DNA of 64,000 nucleotides, taken from positions 253,704,001 through 253,768,000 of the forward strand of contig OZ024741.1 in the NCBI GenBank assembly GCA_964016885.1. The letters run 5' to 3'. The translations under genes and the position numbers were made by a program. Of the stretch, positions 62,328-64,000 are shown piece by piece; the stretch's first letter is position 1; every line of letters starts with the position of its first letter. A model generated the notes under the pieces. It did no database searches and was not told the DNA's origin. It saw nothing but the letters and a program-made list of their open reading frames with translations. This stretch comes from Eledone cirrhosa (lineage: Eukaryota).

Positions 62328-62390
62328 ATGTGTGTGTGTGTGTGTGTGTGTGTATGTACGTAATTATATTGTATTGTTTATTATACATTA
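61433..62390. mobile_element. Segment bounded by a 31-bp perfect inverted repeat (candidate TIR or fold-back element)
   Basis: TAATGTATAATAAACAATACAATATAATTAC (61,433-61,463) and its exact reverse complement at 62,360-62,390. Confidence 0.5.
61717..62041. repeat. Recent tandem duplication, 2 x about 161 bp
   Basis: AATGCATGTGTATGGTGAAAATG starts at 61,717 and 61,878; the copies differ by a 2-bp GA insertion. Confidence 0.92.
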
Positions 62391-62532
62391 TATATATATA
62401 TATATATATATACGTATATGTGTGTTTGTCCGTTGTAGTTATATGTTAGGATATGTAAAGGAAAGTAACTTCCCTATATTGTAGAAAGGTGAGGTATTAT
62501 TTGTGATGATATGACCCAGATATGTTATAGGT

Positions 62533-62810
62533 GTTTTTACACTTCGAAAATGTCAGACCTTGGGTTTAAATAGAGTTCAGTGTTACAAATGTGATTCAGG
62601 ATATGGCTTTATTCTACTGTGCCAAGATCACTTTATAATGTTTTAGTCTTTCAATAATATATTTGATGTAATGTTTCGAAGTGGTTTTCTTTCAGTTGAC
62701 AGATCTCATTAGATAAAGTAGTCACATGTCCTTTTCTCTTTCGATATGTCCAACAGTGGGCACTTGGTTGTAGTATCTCTATTTGATCTTTCCTTCTGTC
62801 TGCCTGTATA
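62533..62810 (-). pseudogene. Decayed GIY-YIG endonuclease fragment of a Penelope-like retroelement
   Basis: Manual translation with frameshifts gives YTG/TEGKIK*RYYNQ, TTLSNEICQLKEN and LNPRSDI..KCKN. These resemble PLE motifs YIG.T...FK.RY.NH, T.LS..IW.LK and LN.RSE....C.H. Recognised by eye only. Confidence 0.6.
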
Positions 62811-63017
62811 GCGTTTATGTACCTATTGCTTTACATTAGGAAAGAACACACGAGATAATGTAATCCCAGACATACTCCTTATGAGGCGTGGTGGTCACGG
62901 TTGGAATACCTTTAATAATATGTTTACTCAACCACAGTTGACCCGAGACTATACAACAACAACAAAAACAACAGCTGCAGCATAGCATCTGCAGCAGCAG
63001 CTTACAAACAGTGATGC

Positions 63018-63445
63018 ACACTCACAAACTATAGAGTTCGTACTCAAATTATGAGGTCACTACTCACAAACTGAGGGTCACTCAAAAATTCTGAGGTGAA
63101 CTGAAACTAGAGTGAGCGTCACTCAAAACTCTGATCTTTGAATTTTGATGGTGACTCACCATCCGTGGTGTGGAGTCGCTCAAACTATGAGGTTCGCTGA
63201 AAATCTATAAGGTTGATCTGCGAACTATAACAAGGAGTCGCTCAACAAGTATGAGGTTCATTAAAAATCTAAGGTTGTTTAACTCAAACTTTACGAGTTT
63301 GACTCATATATTGTAGTGAGGTGTCACTCACAACCTGAAGTTGTCTCACAATCTGAAGTTGTCTCACAATCTACAGTGAAGCATCTCTCACAAACTTTGA
63401 AACTTACTCAAAATCCATGAAGTCCACTCGGGATCTATGAAGTCC
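63018..63445. repeat. Old diverged minisatellite of about 20 bp (ACTCA(C)AAACT(A/C)TGAGGT-like)
   Basis: CTCA(C)AA...TGAG/TGAAG motifs recur roughly every 20 bp; CTCACAA(C/T)CTGAAGTTGT is repeated at 63,327-63,372. Confidence 0.55.
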
Positions 63446-64000
63446 TTTCAGATTATTTCGATGAAAGATGAGGAATAACGATTATGATTTGTTTTTTGGG
63501 AGAGAATATTGAAATTTCTCAAAGTTCAACGGGGTTATACCCCTTTGTCTATTTCTGTTCTGATTGGACAATTTCTAACATTTGATGATACACATAACCC
63601 TAGGGCTGTTGCACCAGACACGTAACTGAACTAACTATCAACAGGTATTGATAGCAGTAGTAGTAGTAGCACAGCAGTATGTTTTTGTGATGTTAAACCA
63701 TAGAACAACCTATAATTGTTCTATAGAACACAGTTCCCATCATGCATCATAAATCAATGATAAATTGGTTCGTTTCTTTGATGTTAAAAGAGATCAAAAA
63801 TAAATGGCAGACCTTTGAAGTATTTCTATAAAAGTTCATAGCGTACCAATCGTCTTAAATATTATTCTGTTTTACTCTGAGATAAACACAGCTAAATAGA
63901 CTCATTATTCACATCAAACGTTAGTGAAAGTTCCCTCTCAGCTTTCACTTGAGTTACACTCAATATTCTCCTTTCAATTCTGAGTAAAGATGACACACGC

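Noticed and set aside
62940-63035. Short Gln-rich frame (CAA/CAG runs)
   Set aside because: About 30 codons, no clear splice signals or recognisable homology.
63018-63445. Semi-regular CTCA...TGAG motifs as a binding-site or CRISPR-like array
   Set aside because: Units are too degenerate and have no repeat-spacer alternation; an old minisatellite explains them.

Overview
Repeat-dominated eukaryotic DNA, most likely from an octopod cephalopod. That is an inference from the tRNA-derived SINE family and the microsatellite landscape. No conventional gene, rRNA, tRNA or CRISPR array is visible. Bases 1-~43,700 are one array of a 12-bp unit (AACATCACCACC / AACATCACAACT, about 3,600 copies) that runs off the left edge and is built from nested kb-scale tandem duplications. 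One + frame reads (Asn-Ile-Thr-Thr)n with no stop or frameshift for 41.3 kb. Its two dominant variable sites are synonymous, and most units carry an N-glycosylation sequon. It is either a giant glycoprotein exon or a non-coding satellite that mimics one; the sequence alone cannot decide. Next come a 38-bp minisatellite, a fold-back cluster of SINE pieces (45.1-45.9 kb) where strand composition flips, and 5-bp and 35/40-bp GT-rich satellites. The last 11.5 kb is a mosaic of microsatellites, SINEs, two tandem non-autonomous Helitrons, two hairpin elements with hammerhead-ribozyme-like remnants, decayed RTE and Penelope coding fragments, and local duplications. Almost all ORFs in the supplied track are translations of simple repeats.
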